A stretch of 64,000 nt of DNA, taken from assembly GCA_965208125.1 (NCBI GenBank), contig OZ242320.1, positions 5,248,001 to 5,312,000 on the forward strand, given 5' to 3'. The notes below the pieces were generated by a model. It made no database searches. It had not been told where the DNA came from and was given only the letters and a program-made list of their open reading frames with translations. Both the position numbers and the translations under genes were made by a program. The DNA comes from Candidatus Latescibacterota bacterium (GTDB taxonomy: Bacteria > Latescibacterota > UBA2968). Within the stretch, counting starts at the first letter, position 1, and every line of letters starts with the position of its first letter. Shown here in pieces: positions 16,935-27,121 of this stretch.

Positions 16935-18717
16935 TCTTATCTTCGCCGATTTCCATATTCCGAAATTGCAAATCGCACAACTCGCGATAAAGTCCACCTC
17001 GAGCAAATAACGCCCCATGCGTTCCGCACTGCGCGATCTCCCCCTGATCCAGCACCAGAATGCAATCCGCATGTTGTACTGTTGACAATCGATGCGCAAT
17101 AATAAACGTCGTGCGCCCCGCCATCAACCGTTCCAATGCCTGCTGCACCTGCGCCTCTGAAGCCGAATCCAGAGATGAAGTCGCCTCATCCAGCAACAAA
17201 ATGCGTGCATCTCTCAACAGAGCACGCGCAATCGCAACTCTCTGCCGCTGTCCCCCACTCAATTTCACGCCCTTTTCCCCAACCAACGCGCCGTATCCAT
17301 CTGGCAAATCCACAATAAAATCGTGAGCATTCGCATCTCGGGCTGCCTGCTCAACCTCATCGTCCGTCGCATCCAATCGCCCGTATCGAATATTTTCACC
17401 AATGGAAGTACCGAACAAATCCACATCCTGTGATACCAGCGCGATCTGTTCTCGCAGCGATACAATCTGCACATCGCGCACATCCACGCCATCCACGCGC
17501 ACAACCCCAGAGGTCGCATCGTAAAATCTCGGAATCAGATTCATCAGCGTCGTCTTACCCGCGCCACTCGCCCCCACAAGTGCTATTGTTTGCCCGGGCA
17601 GGGTCTCAAATGAAACCCCCTTGATTACCGGACGGTCGGGCTGGTATCCAAACCACACATCTTCAAACGCCACGGCACCGCGAACATCTGCAAGTGGAAA
17701 CGCACCCTCGCCATCGGCAATCTCTGGTCGTGACTCGAGCAATTCAAAAATGTGTTCTGACGCGCCCACAGCAGAATTTAAGGACGCATAAAGACGCGTA
17801 ATCCCCATCACAGATCGGGCAATATTCATCGCGTAAAAAATAAACGCCACCAGATCACCCGCCGACAAGCGTCCGGCCAGCACCTCTGTGCCCCCATACC
17901 AGAAAATCACCACCAGTGCCAGCATAAAAAGAAATGCGATACAAGCCGAAAAAACCGCTTCCATAATCACGCGATAGCGCGACGTGCGAAACAAATCTTC
18001 GTTTGCCTCGCCATATCGATTCACCTCAAAAACTTCGCGTGCAAACGCCTTGACAACCCGCACAGCCGACAGAGCTTCTTCGGCAATCGCAGTCGTATCG
18101 CCCAACCGATCCTGTACCGTGCGGGACAACTCGCGGATACGCTGCCCAAAATAGCGCGCCCCCACAGCGGCAACTGGCGCAGCAGCAAACACCACCAGGC
18201 TCAATCGCCAATTGAGAACAACCATAGCCGCTACAGAACCAATAGTCATAATCCCCGTCATTAAAACCTGAGAAATAGCTCCCGTCGCGGCATTTCTGAT
18301 GGCTCCCACATCATTGGTCAGACGCGACATGAGTTCGCCCAACCTGTGATCGGCATAAAAGCGAAGTCCCAAAAGGTGCAAATGCGCGTAAACCTTCTTT
18401 CGCAGATCCGTCACCACGCGCTCACCCACCCAGGAAATCCAGTAATGACTCCCCACGTGCAAAAGCGACTGAAGCACAAAAAGCACCAGCATGCCAAGCG
18501 CCAGCAAATCCAACTGGTGTCTATCCCCCTGCTCAAACACGGAATCCAAAAGCGACCGCAAGCCCAGCGGAATCATCAGCCACACACCTGAGGAAAACGC
18601 GGTAAATACCAGCCCCAGAACGAGCCGCAACAAGTATGGCCGGGCAAAAGCAAAAATTCGCTTCCACGCCAGCCATAATGCCACGGGGGAATATGTCTGG
18701 TTATTTTTTTCAGCCAT
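16927..18717 (-). CDS. ABC exporter, fused TMD-NBD (MsbA-like)
   Basis: TM helices; GASGAGKT, LSGGQRQR, LLLDEATS and IAHR motifs. Confidence 0.92.
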   Translation of the reverse strand: MAEKNNQTYSPVALWLAWKRIFAFARPYLLRLVLGLVFTAFSSGVWLMIPLGLRSLLDSVFEQGDRHQLDLLALGMLVLFVLQSLLHVGSHYWISWVGERVVTDLRKKVYAHLHLLGLRFYADHRLGELMSRLTNDVGAIRNAATGAISQVLMTGIMTIGSVAAMVVLNWRLSLVVFAAAPVAAVGARYFGQRIRELSRTVQDRLGDTTAIAEEALSAVRVVKAFAREVFEVNRYGEANEDLFRTSRYRVIMEAVFSACIAFLFMLALVVIFWYGGTEVLAGRLSAGDLVAFIFYAMNIARSVMGITRLYASLNSAVGASEHIFELLESRPEIADGEGAFPLADVRGAVAFEDVWFGYQPDRPVIKGVSFETLPGQTIALVGASGAGKTTLMNLIPRFYDATSGVVRVDGVDVRDVQIVSLREQIALVSQDVDLFGTSIGENIRYGRLDATDDEVEQAARDANAHDFIVDLPDGYGALVGEKGVKLSGGQRQRVAIARALLRDARILLLDEATSSLDSASEAQVQQALERLMAGRTTFIIAHRLSTVQHADCILVLDQGEIAQCGTHGALFARGGLYRELCDLQFRNMEIGEDKII

Positions 18718-20413
18718 TCATTTTTCTCCTCAAAACAGCGGTCTCTTCAACATCCACCTCGAGATCAGCCGTAATCACCACACCATAAGCGTCTCGCGCG
18801 GCTTCGTGCGATAGCCGCTCCTGTTTGACATCCTCCAGCACCCTTTTGGGATCGCGTTCAAAAGGCGACCCATAGCCCCCACCGCCCGGAATACGCAACG
18901 TCACCGACTGCCCGGGTTGGAGATCATAGCGACCCTTTGGCGGCAAAACAGTGCCATCCGATAAAAAAAGTTCGCCGCACCTGCCATCGCGCCCCCCCAA
19001 AAAACCGCGCGGTGCATAGCGCGTGCGATCGTACATACACGAATGCAATGTGGGATGATCGGAGTCAACAGACAAGATCATCTCCTGCCCCAGGCCACCC
19101 CGAAAAGTACCCGCACCGCCAGAATCGGGAATCAACGCACGCCTGTGCATAATCACCGGTGACACGGACTCAATTGCTTCGGCAGGCACGCCCTTAATCC
19201 CACTGGGGAACGCCGTCGCCGAAATCCCATCATCGCCGGGACGCGCGCCCATACCACCTGCGGAAAAAAAGATATACGCAAAGCGCTCGCCCGTGCGACC
19301 TATCCCCTCCAACTGCGTATTCCAAAGCCCAGCCGATCCATCGGCAATCACGCGATCGGGAATCGCCTGAGACAGTGCCCCAAACAGCGGTTGCGAAAGA
19401 AAATGCCCAACCAGATGCCGCGCGCCCACAGCACATGGAAATTGTGCGTTTAAGATACATCCCTCGGGTGCCGTAACTGTTATGGGACGAAAACTGCCTT
19501 CATTATTGGGAATATGAGGGCTAATGGCGCATTTCAAGGGATAAGTAGTATAGGCATGCGTGTAATTGTACACCACATTGATCCCGCGATCCACCTGTGG
19601 CGACGTGCCCGTATAGTCAACAACCAAACTGCGATCTTTGACAATAACTTTTGCGCGAATAACCAGCGGTCTATCGTACCCATCGAGTTTCACCTCATCT
19701 TCATAAACGCCATTGGTAATCTCCGAAATCGCCTCTCGAGTTGCCGCTTCTGACCGATCTAAAATCAGTTTCGCCAACCCTTCCAGATCTCCGAGATCGT
19801 AATGTTCCAGCGCCTGAAGCAACTTGACAGCCCCCACATCATTTCCCGCCTGTTGCGCGTACAAATCGCCGACGACCTGATCTGGCTCGCGCACATTTGC
19901 CCGTACAATTGCGATCAAATCGCGATTGATCTCCCCTTCATTAAACAATTTCATAATTGGGATATTCAGACCCTCTTCATACACTTGACGCGCACCGGCC
20001 CCCAGCGTACGACCGCCAATATCCATGGCATGGCAAGTATTGGCAAACCACCCCACGCCCCGGCCCCGATAAAAAACAGGCGTAACAACCGTAATATCGT
20101 GCAAATGCCCCGATCCCAGCCACGGATCGTTGGTGAGCAAACTATCGCCGGGTTCCAGCGTGTCAATCGGATACGCCTTCACAAAATGCCGCACGCAATT
20201 TGCCATTGTATTGATATGCCCCGGCGTCCCCGTCACCGCTTGCGCCAGCATATTGCCCCTGCGGTCAAACACCCCCGCAGACAAATCGCCAGCCTCGCGC
20301 ACCACCGTTGTAAAAGAAGCGTGCATCAGTGCCGCCGCCTGCTCATTCACAATAGAAATAAGGCGATTCCAAAGCACTTCTAACTCAACCGCATCAATTG
20401 TGCGATCCTTCAT
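18710..20413 (-). CDS. Hydantoinase B / 5-oxoprolinase subunit
   Basis: NDPWLGSGHLHD, DSGGAGTFRGG and PGGGGYG motifs. Confidence 0.9.
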   Translation of the reverse strand: MKDRTIDAVELEVLWNRLISIVNEQAAALMHASFTTVVREAGDLSAGVFDRRGNMLAQAVTGTPGHINTMANCVRHFVKAYPIDTLEPGDSLLTNDPWLGSGHLHDITVVTPVFYRGRGVGWFANTCHAMDIGGRTLGAGARQVYEEGLNIPIMKLFNEGEINRDLIAIVRANVREPDQVVGDLYAQQAGNDVGAVKLLQALEHYDLGDLEGLAKLILDRSEAATREAISEITNGVYEDEVKLDGYDRPLVIRAKVIVKDRSLVVDYTGTSPQVDRGINVVYNYTHAYTTYPLKCAISPHIPNNEGSFRPITVTAPEGCILNAQFPCAVGARHLVGHFLSQPLFGALSQAIPDRVIADGSAGLWNTQLEGIGRTGERFAYIFFSAGGMGARPGDDGISATAFPSGIKGVPAEAIESVSPVIMHRRALIPDSGGAGTFRGGLGQEMILSVDSDHPTLHSCMYDRTRYAPRGFLGGRDGRCGELFLSDGTVLPPKGRYDLQPGQSVTLRIPGGGGYGSPFERDPKRVLEDVKQERLSHEAARDAYGVVITADLEVDVEETAVLRRKMNG

Positions 20414-22491
20414 ACATCCTCCCTGATGAGAATCAGATTACCCGTATCATCGACCTGCAACATCCATCCGGGCGGCAATACTGTAGTGGATTCGACTTCC
20501 TCGACAATAGCGGGACCTTTCAAAATAACCCCTCTTCCGAGTTTGTCTCTCCTATAAACTGCAGTCCCGTATTTCCCATCTGAAAAAAGAACATCGCGCT
20601 GTCCCTCGGCCCCCTCATCGCCAACTTCTCCAAAGGACCCAACATCGCAAATTTCCGGCTCTGGTCCCGAAACCGTCACGCGCCAGTGGATGGCCTCCAC
20701 GGGAACCCCCTCACACAGACGCCCGTATAATTTTTTATATGACGCATCAAAAGCCGCTTGAAGCGCATCATCGGAACTTTCTGTAAATTCTCCCAAAGGC
20801 ACGGGAACGCTTATCTCGTGCCCCTGTCCCACATATCGCATATCAGCCGTGCGCACCACGCGAATCTCAGAATCATTGACTCCTGCATATCGCACAAGCG
20901 CGCGGCCTTCATCTTCCATCTCTCCATAGAGCTTATTGACAACCTCGCGATCCAACGCGGCGATTCTCGACACAAAACTCCGCACATAATCAAAAGCAAT
21001 GGGCGCGAGCATCAAGCCAAAAGCCGACCCAACACCCGCAGCTGGCGGCACAATCACACGATCAATTCCCAAGCGCATCGCAACGCCGCATGCGTGTACA
21101 GGCCCAGCCCCACCCGTTGCAACAAGTGCGTATCCATTCAAATCGATCCCGCGCTCGGCAGCGTGAACCCGCGCGGCATTGGCCATATTTTCATTTACCA
21201 AATCGTGAATACCCTGTGCGGCACGTACGCGATCCAGCCCGGTAAATTGTGCAAATTCATCAACCACATCCGCGGCGCGTTCCACATCCAGATCCATTTG
21301 CCCACCCAAAAAATACCCAGCATTCAAATAGCCCAGCAAGAGATCGGCATCTGTCACCGTGGGCAACCGTCCACCACGCGCATAACAGGCGGGACCGGGA
21401 TCTGCCCCCGCACTTTGCGGCCCAACCGTGGGCAAACCCAATTCACTCGCATGCGCGATACTGCCCCCACCAGCCCCAATTTCGATCATATCGAGCACGG
21501 GAACAAGCAAGGGCAACCCGCTGCCGCGCTTGAAGCGATACACTCGTGCTACTTCTGACTCAGTCGTAATCGGAAACGCTCCATTTTCACTCAAAATGGC
21601 CTTTGCCGTCGTGCCCCCCATATCAAACGCGAGAATCTGCCGATACCCCGACCGATTGCCATAATGCGCCGCGGCAAGCGCGCCGCCGCAAGGACCGGAT
21701 TCTACCAGGCGCACGGGAAAACGCACTGCTGTCTGCACAGAACACGACCCGCCGTTAGAGAGCATAATATGCAGCGGTGCCAAAATCCCCAACGCCTTCA
21801 ACCCATCTTCCAAACGCGCGAGATATTTTTCCACCATAGGCTGCACATAAGCATTTGCCACAGTCGTGGAAGTGCGCTCAAATTCTCGAAGTTCGGCGGC
21901 AACCCTGTGCGAAACCGAAATGCCTGCACCGGGCATAAGAGAGCGCACAATTTCCTCTGCACGACGCTCGTGATCGGGATTGACATAAGCGTGCAAAAAT
22001 GCAATAGCGACCGCCTCCACTCCGGCTTCGCGCAACACTTCGCAGGCTTTGACCACATCATCTTCATTTAATGGCGTCATCACCTCGCCACGCGCGTACA
22101 GCCGCTCCCGCACCTCAACTCGCAACCGCCTTTCAACGAGCGGTTCGGGCAATTTCAAAAACAAATCGTAAATATCGTAACGCCCTTCCCGTCCAATTTC
22201 CAGCGCGTCTCGAAAACCCGCTGTCGCAATCAGCCCGGTCTTAGCCCCCCTTCGCTCAATCAGGGCATTCGTCACCAGCGTCGTGCCGTGAACCGCCCGG
22301 GAAATCGCGCTGGGCGATACCCCATCGAGCACCTCTTTCACGCCCTCCAGCACACTAACCGAAGGATCCGGAGACTGCGTCAACACCTTCGCCACAGACA
22401 AAACACCCGAAGCGTGTTCTCTCAACACAACATCTGTAAACGTGCCGCCGATATCTATTGCAAGCGTGTATGCCTCCTCACTCACCACCAT
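20410..22491 (-). CDS. Hydantoinase A / 5-oxoprolinase subunit
   Basis: IDIGGTFTD, HGTTLVTNALIER, FDMGGTT, IGAGGGS and GPQSAGADPGPACY motifs. Confidence 0.92.
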   Translation of the reverse strand: MVVSEEAYTLAIDIGGTFTDVVLREHASGVLSVAKVLTQSPDPSVSVLEGVKEVLDGVSPSAISRAVHGTTLVTNALIERRGAKTGLIATAGFRDALEIGREGRYDIYDLFLKLPEPLVERRLRVEVRERLYARGEVMTPLNEDDVVKACEVLREAGVEAVAIAFLHAYVNPDHERRAEEIVRSLMPGAGISVSHRVAAELREFERTSTTVANAYVQPMVEKYLARLEDGLKALGILAPLHIMLSNGGSCSVQTAVRFPVRLVESGPCGGALAAAHYGNRSGYRQILAFDMGGTTAKAILSENGAFPITTESEVARVYRFKRGSGLPLLVPVLDMIEIGAGGGSIAHASELGLPTVGPQSAGADPGPACYARGGRLPTVTDADLLLGYLNAGYFLGGQMDLDVERAADVVDEFAQFTGLDRVRAAQGIHDLVNENMANAARVHAAERGIDLNGYALVATGGAGPVHACGVAMRLGIDRVIVPPAAGVGSAFGLMLAPIAFDYVRSFVSRIAALDREVVNKLYGEMEDEGRALVRYAGVNDSEIRVVRTADMRYVGQGHEISVPVPLGEFTESSDDALQAAFDASYKKLYGRLCEGVPVEAIHWRVTVSGPEPEICDVGSFGEVGDEGAEGQRDVLFSDGKYGTAVYRRDKLGRGVILKGPAIVEEVESTTVLPPGWMLQVDDTGNLILIREDV

Positions 22492-22534
22492 ACTCCTTTG
22501 CTTTAATTTTAATTTTTAATTCCTAAAATTGACC

Positions 22535-22563
22535 TTGACAAGCCATGATCCTTTTTGTAATTT
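22535..22563 (+). promoter_or_regulatory. Putative sigma-70 promoter of tRNA-Gly
   Basis: TTGACA-17-TAATTT. Confidence 0.6.
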
Positions 22564-22580
22564 TTGGTTCCTCATAACGA

Positions 22581-22657
22581 GCGGGAATAGCTCAGCTGGC
22601 TAGAGCATCTGCTTGCCATGCAGAAGGTCGCGGGTTCGAATCCCGTTTCCCGCTCCA
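22581..22657 (+). tRNA. tRNA-Gly (GCC)
   Basis: Cloverleaf GCGGGAA/TTCCCGC, anticodon arm TCTGC-TTGCCAT-GCAGA, GTTCGAATC, encoded CCA. Confidence 0.96.
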
Positions 22658-22664
22658 TTAACCC

Positions 22665-22691
22665 AACCCGTTAAATTAACGGGTTTTTTTT
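22665..22691 (+). terminator. Intrinsic terminator after tRNA-Gly
   Basis: AACCCGTTAA-A-TTAACGGGTT followed by a T-tract. Confidence 0.8.
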
Positions 22692-22705
22692 ATGGAGCAA
22701 ACCGC

Positions 22706-23845
22706 TTGTCATCAGCTCTTGTCCGAGAAATAGCCAACCTGCGCCTGCCCGCGCTTGCCCTTTGGGCACCTGGACCGCACATGCTCACCCCTGCGGTTCG
22801 TCGGGTCCTGCAAACATATCAGGCGACCTATTCCCACCGATCCGCTGCATTTCAAGCCTGCTATCAAAAAACTGTGGATCTACTCCGTGAAGTCTTTCAA
22901 ATTCCAGGTGGATTTACCCCGCTCATCTTCGGCCACACTGGCAGCTACAACTGGGAAATGGTCGTCACCAATACGCCCTGTAATAGTGCGACACTGGGCA
23001 TGGACATCGGCGCTTTTTCAAAAAAATGGGCACAGGTCTTCACAAGTCACGGGCGCAACATCGACATCTTAAAAGCCAACTGGGGCGACGGCATCTGCGC
23101 TCGGACCTGGTCCAATGCCATCGCCAAAAACTACGACCTTACCCTTTTGACCCACAACGAAACATCTACCGGTGTCATGCTCCCCGTACAGGAAATGTGT
23201 GACACCGTCCGCAACACATCTCCCAAAACCCTGATTGCCATTGACGCAGTCAGCATAGCAGGGGCATCATATACGCCGATTGAGACCCTGCGCCCCGACT
23301 ACTATCTCTGGAGCCTGCAAAAAGACTTCGCGTGCCCCACCATCGGCTCTGTCATGATTGTATCCGACCGCGCGTTTGACATCGCGGCCAACACGCCAAA
23401 CCGCGGTTATGTCCTCGACTTAATCGAATGGAGAACGCGCGCAGAAACAGCCCAAACCCCCATGACCGTGCCCGACCTGACCCTACAATGCCTGAATGCG
23501 CGTCTCAAAGAAATGAAAAGAGAAGGCGACCAGCGCATCAAACGCCATCAAAGCCTCGTCCACATGCAACGCGAATGGGCAAAAAAACACGGCCTGTGCC
23601 TCATAGCCAAACCGGGATACGAAAGCCTGACCGTAAATGCCATCCTCTTGCCAGACTACATCTCGGGTTCCAATTTCGTAGATAAAGCAAAAAAACTGCT
23701 CAATGTTCAACTCGCCCCGGGCTATGGCGATACCAGAGACAAAGCCTTCCGCATTGCAGCTATGGGCCACACGTCAGAACGCGATATGCGACGCGTACTA
23801 AAGGGCCTCTCGCTCATCCTCAACAACTGGTCAAAACTCGAGTAA
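22706..23845 (+). CDS. Class V PLP aminotransferase (serine-glyoxylate/alanine-glyoxylate type)
   Basis: APGP, HNETSTGV, IDAVS, SLQK and FRIAAMG motifs; TTG start after GGAG. Confidence 0.85.
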   Translation: MSSALVREIANLRLPALALWAPGPHMLTPAVRRVLQTYQATYSHRSAAFQACYQKTVDLLREVFQIPGGFTPLIFGHTGSYNWEMVVTNTPCNSATLGMDIGAFSKKWAQVFTSHGRNIDILKANWGDGICARTWSNAIAKNYDLTLLTHNETSTGVMLPVQEMCDTVRNTSPKTLIAIDAVSIAGASYTPIETLRPDYYLWSLQKDFACPTIGSVMIVSDRAFDIAANTPNRGYVLDLIEWRTRAETAQTPMTVPDLTLQCLNARLKEMKREGDQRIKRHQSLVHMQREWAKKHGLCLIAKPGYESLTVNAILLPDYISGSNFVDKAKKLLNVQLAPGYGDTRDKAFRIAAMGHTSERDMRRVLKGLSLILNNWSKLE

Positions 23846-23849
23846 TCCC

Positions 23850-24674
23850 ATGCCACCTCCCACATCAATGATCTGCCCAGGCTGTGGCACCCTCATCAAT
23901 ACCGACGAGAAGCGGTGTCCCCATTGCGGTGCTTATAATCCCAACCTCTGGGGTATCGGTCCCGCGCTAAATCGACTTTTTGGCGGTCGCATCGATGTTC
24001 TCACCCTGATACCCACCGCGTGTATTGCCCTTTACGCAGTCAGTCTATTGCTCGACCTCGGCGCCGCACTGTCTATGGGCGGCGGACTTTTTGGCATGCT
24101 AAGCCCCGGCAATATCCCGCTGATCGTTCTCGGTATGACCCATGGCGAAGCACCCTGGTGGACCGTGCTCACCGCGACATATCTCCACGGCAGCCTCCTC
24201 CACATCCTGTTCAACGTCCTGTGGATTCGGCAACTCGGTCCCGAAGTCGGACATTTCTTTGGCCCGGCGCGCTATTTTATCATCTATACCGTCGCAGGGG
24301 CTATCGGTTTTATCCTTTCTAATCTAATCTCTGGCTACCCCACCGTAGGCGCATCTGGTGCCATTTTTGGCCTTTTTGCCGCCATCATTGTGTACGGCCG
24401 CAACCACAAAACGCAGATGATGTCACTCATGACGCGGCAAATGTGGCAATGGGCCATCCTGCTATTTGTCATGGGCTTTCTCATGAGCGGCGTCAACAAC
24501 TGGGCGCATCTGGGCGGTTTTATCGGCGGTTGGATCACAGCACAAATCCTCGTTTCAAGTGCAGAATACCGCGAAGGGCGCATCACCATTATCATAGCCC
24601 TGATCTGCCTACTCCTCACCGTCCTCGGCTTTATCCTCTCAATCTTAGAATACTTCCCACTTCTCCTATCTTGA
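23850..24674 (+). CDS. Rhomboid intramembrane serine protease with N-terminal zinc ribbon
   Basis: CPGC...CPHC; HGSLLHILFN, GASG and HLGGFIGG motifs. Confidence 0.9.
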   Translation: MPPPTSMICPGCGTLINTDEKRCPHCGAYNPNLWGIGPALNRLFGGRIDVLTLIPTACIALYAVSLLLDLGAALSMGGGLFGMLSPGNIPLIVLGMTHGEAPWWTVLTATYLHGSLLHILFNVLWIRQLGPEVGHFFGPARYFIIYTVAGAIGFILSNLISGYPTVGASGAIFGLFAAIIVYGRNHKTQMMSLMTRQMWQWAILLFVMGFLMSGVNNWAHLGGFIGGWITAQILVSSAEYREGRITIIIALICLLLTVLGFILSILEYFPLLLS

Positions 24675-24681
24675 CGCAGGC

Positions 24682-26289
24682 TTATCCTCCCAATCTCACA
24701 TCCACAGGCTCAGGTATCCATGAAGCAGCAATGCCCAGATCGCTGTGAATAACCTGTGCTGCATTATAACCCGGCAAACCAGTCACATTGCCGCCGGGAT
24801 GGCAGCACGACCCGCAAAGATACAACCCCTCAAAACATCCCCGATAATGCCCGGCACCGGGAAAGGGACGATTATACCCCGTCTGTCCATTTGTAAACGC
24901 ACCGACGAGTAAATCCCCATTCCGCATATTGGGCAATGCGCGCTCGACATCCAGTGGGCTGCGAACAAAAGAATCGATCACGCAATCCTTCAAATTGGGC
25001 GCGTATTCAGACCACATATCCAGCATATCGCGACCAACCGCATCCCGCTCGCGATCCCAATTTGCAGAATCGCCATACAGGTGAAATGGCAACTTCTGCC
25101 ACATAAACGCCGTATGTTTGCCCAAAGGAGCCTGTGTGGCGTCAAAATGCGTCGGACACGCGCCCCACATCACAGTCGGCGGAATCGTCCCCTTCTCGTG
25201 ATGGGCAACAATATCCACATATTGATCCGCGTGTTCCAGTCCCAGAATAACCATCAGAGCGTCTGCGACTTCCGGATGTTTTTCCAAAGCGCGATAACGC
25301 GGCGGTTCACCCAAATTCAAATGGAGTGCGAACAGCGGTGCCAGCACATTATACTGAAATCTCTCGACCCGGTTTTGCCACGTTCCGGGCAACGCCTCGC
25401 GGTCAATCAAATCGAGAAACGTCTGATGGGGATTCAGACTGGACACGACCACAGGCGCTTTGATATACTTCCCATCCACCGTCTCAACACCCTTAACGCG
25501 ATTATCCTCCACAACAATGCGCTCGGGCTCGGTTTGCAACCATATCTCGCCGCCCATCTCAGAAATAGCAGCAACCAGCGCGCGTGCCAGTCCCGCTGAC
25601 CCGCCCACACAAATCTGCGCTTTCCCCTCGCTCGCCAGCAAAGCCGGTATATGGTGCCCAAACCCCGAGGCGCGCAAATCCACTTCGCGCAGCCCATTGA
25701 AAAACAACAACCCGGCACGAATGACCGGATGTTCAAATTCTCGATTTACAAACTCAAGCGGAGAAAGCGCGTTGACTTCGAGCAACATCTTCCCCTCTCG
25801 GGTCTGCGACAGAATTTTTTGCCTCAACGCCTGCGGCAACGGCGGCGCCTGTGCCTCTACAGACAGAATATTTTTCACAACGGGATCAAACGCATCGCGC
25901 CATCGCCGAAGTGTCTGTGCATCCCGCTTGCTAAACCGCGCAAAACTATCTTCAGTGCGTTCAAAATTCGTGTACCATTTCAGCACATCGCCATTTTTCA
26001 GCACAAGAGCCACATTCAATTCGGGTTCAATATAGCGCGCGCCATACCGCTCCAGGTGCAAATCGCCAAACCACGGCATTTGCGTGATAGCGCGATGAAA
26101 AAAAGAATGTGTATTGTGCAAAAAACCCGGATAACGGGGATCTTCAACAGTCGCCAGCCCGCCTCCGGGTTTATCCGATCGCTCCAGACAAATCACATTG
26201 AGTCCTGCGCGACACAAATACGCCTGCAAAATGAGGCCATTGTGCCCAGCACCCAGCACAATCGCATCAAAGCTTCTATCCTCTCCCAT
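24682..26289 (-). CDS. Phytoene dehydrogenase-like FAD oxidoreductase
   Basis: LGAGHNGL; GLYLCGSCCHPGGNVTGLPGYNAA. Confidence 0.85.
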   Translation of the reverse strand: MGEDRSFDAIVLGAGHNGLILQAYLCRAGLNVICLERSDKPGGGLATVEDPRYPGFLHNTHSFFHRAITQMPWFGDLHLERYGARYIEPELNVALVLKNGDVLKWYTNFERTEDSFARFSKRDAQTLRRWRDAFDPVVKNILSVEAQAPPLPQALRQKILSQTREGKMLLEVNALSPLEFVNREFEHPVIRAGLLFFNGLREVDLRASGFGHHIPALLASEGKAQICVGGSAGLARALVAAISEMGGEIWLQTEPERIVVEDNRVKGVETVDGKYIKAPVVVSSLNPHQTFLDLIDREALPGTWQNRVERFQYNVLAPLFALHLNLGEPPRYRALEKHPEVADALMVILGLEHADQYVDIVAHHEKGTIPPTVMWGACPTHFDATQAPLGKHTAFMWQKLPFHLYGDSANWDRERDAVGRDMLDMWSEYAPNLKDCVIDSFVRSPLDVERALPNMRNGDLLVGAFTNGQTGYNRPFPGAGHYRGCFEGLYLCGSCCHPGGNVTGLPGYNAAQVIHSDLGIAASWIPEPVDVRLGG

Positions 26290-26292
26290 ATC

Positions 26293-27111
26293 TCACCAAT
26301 AGCGTTCTATATGTATCTGCCCGGGATCTCTCCGCTTGTGCTCCTTAAAACCCTCTGAAATCAAAATTTCTGTCACATCATCGCACATATAGGGATTACC
26401 ACATACAAACACATGCGTATCTTCCGGTGTGGGATGCCCACCCCAAACCTCATTGAGCGGGCCATCTGTCCACAAATTCTGCACATAGCCCGTATATCCG
26501 CTCCACGCCACATGCTCATTTGCCGGACGACTAATCTGGGGGATATAAATAAAATTAGCGCATAAATCTTGCATCATCTCCAATTCTGACCGATACCCCA
26601 AATCCCATGAATGTCGCGCCCCGTGCAACACCACAAAACGCCGCTCTGTGTTTTCCTTCAAATAAGTCCGCAACATACTCATATAAGGCGCCAATCCCGT
26701 ACCCGTCGCCACCATCACGACATTTTTATTTGGCGGAACATCTTGCAGCGTAAACATACCCGTAATTTTTGGTCCCAACCAGAGGCGATCGCCAATTTCG
26801 AGCGCGAATAGCCTGGGCGTCAACGCCCCCGACCTCACCAGAGTAATATAAAACTCGAGGTACTCTGTTGCCACCGAAGAAGATGCAATCGAATACGCCC
26901 GCCGGATCAAACCTCTCTGCGGCTTCTCGTAATCTTCGACAGGATCTGAATACTCTGTGCGGGGTGCTTCGGGAGGCAATCCGATCACGCCAAATTGCCC
27001 GGCTTCAAAAGCTGGCAATTCCCATCCGTCGGGCACAACGCGAAGAATAATCAAATCGGGGGTCACTTCGAGACGTTGTGTCACAACGGCATTGAGTTCA
27101 TCCTTCGGCAA
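26293..27111 (-). CDS. fpr: Ferredoxin-NADP+ reductase (bacterial Fpr type)
   Basis: RRAYSIASS, ATGTGLAP, VCGNP and C-terminal ERYW. Confidence 0.88.
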   Translation of the reverse strand: MPKDELNAVVTQRLEVTPDLIILRVVPDGWELPAFEAGQFGVIGLPPEAPRTEYSDPVEDYEKPQRGLIRRAYSIASSSVATEYLEFYITLVRSGALTPRLFALEIGDRLWLGPKITGMFTLQDVPPNKNVVMVATGTGLAPYMSMLRTYLKENTERRFVVLHGARHSWDLGYRSELEMMQDLCANFIYIPQISRPANEHVAWSGYTGYVQNLWTDGPLNEVWGGHPTPEDTHVFVCGNPYMCDDVTEILISEGFKEHKRRDPGQIHIERYW

Positions 27112-27121
27112 ACCACCCTCC

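Noticed and set aside
22613-22705. N-terminal extension of the aminotransferase in the ORF track
   Set aside because: Overlaps tRNA-Gly and its terminator; TTG at 22706 has an RBS
24682-26289. Carotenoid biosynthesis gene crtI
   Set aside because: Only family-level motifs, and no crtB/crtE neighbours
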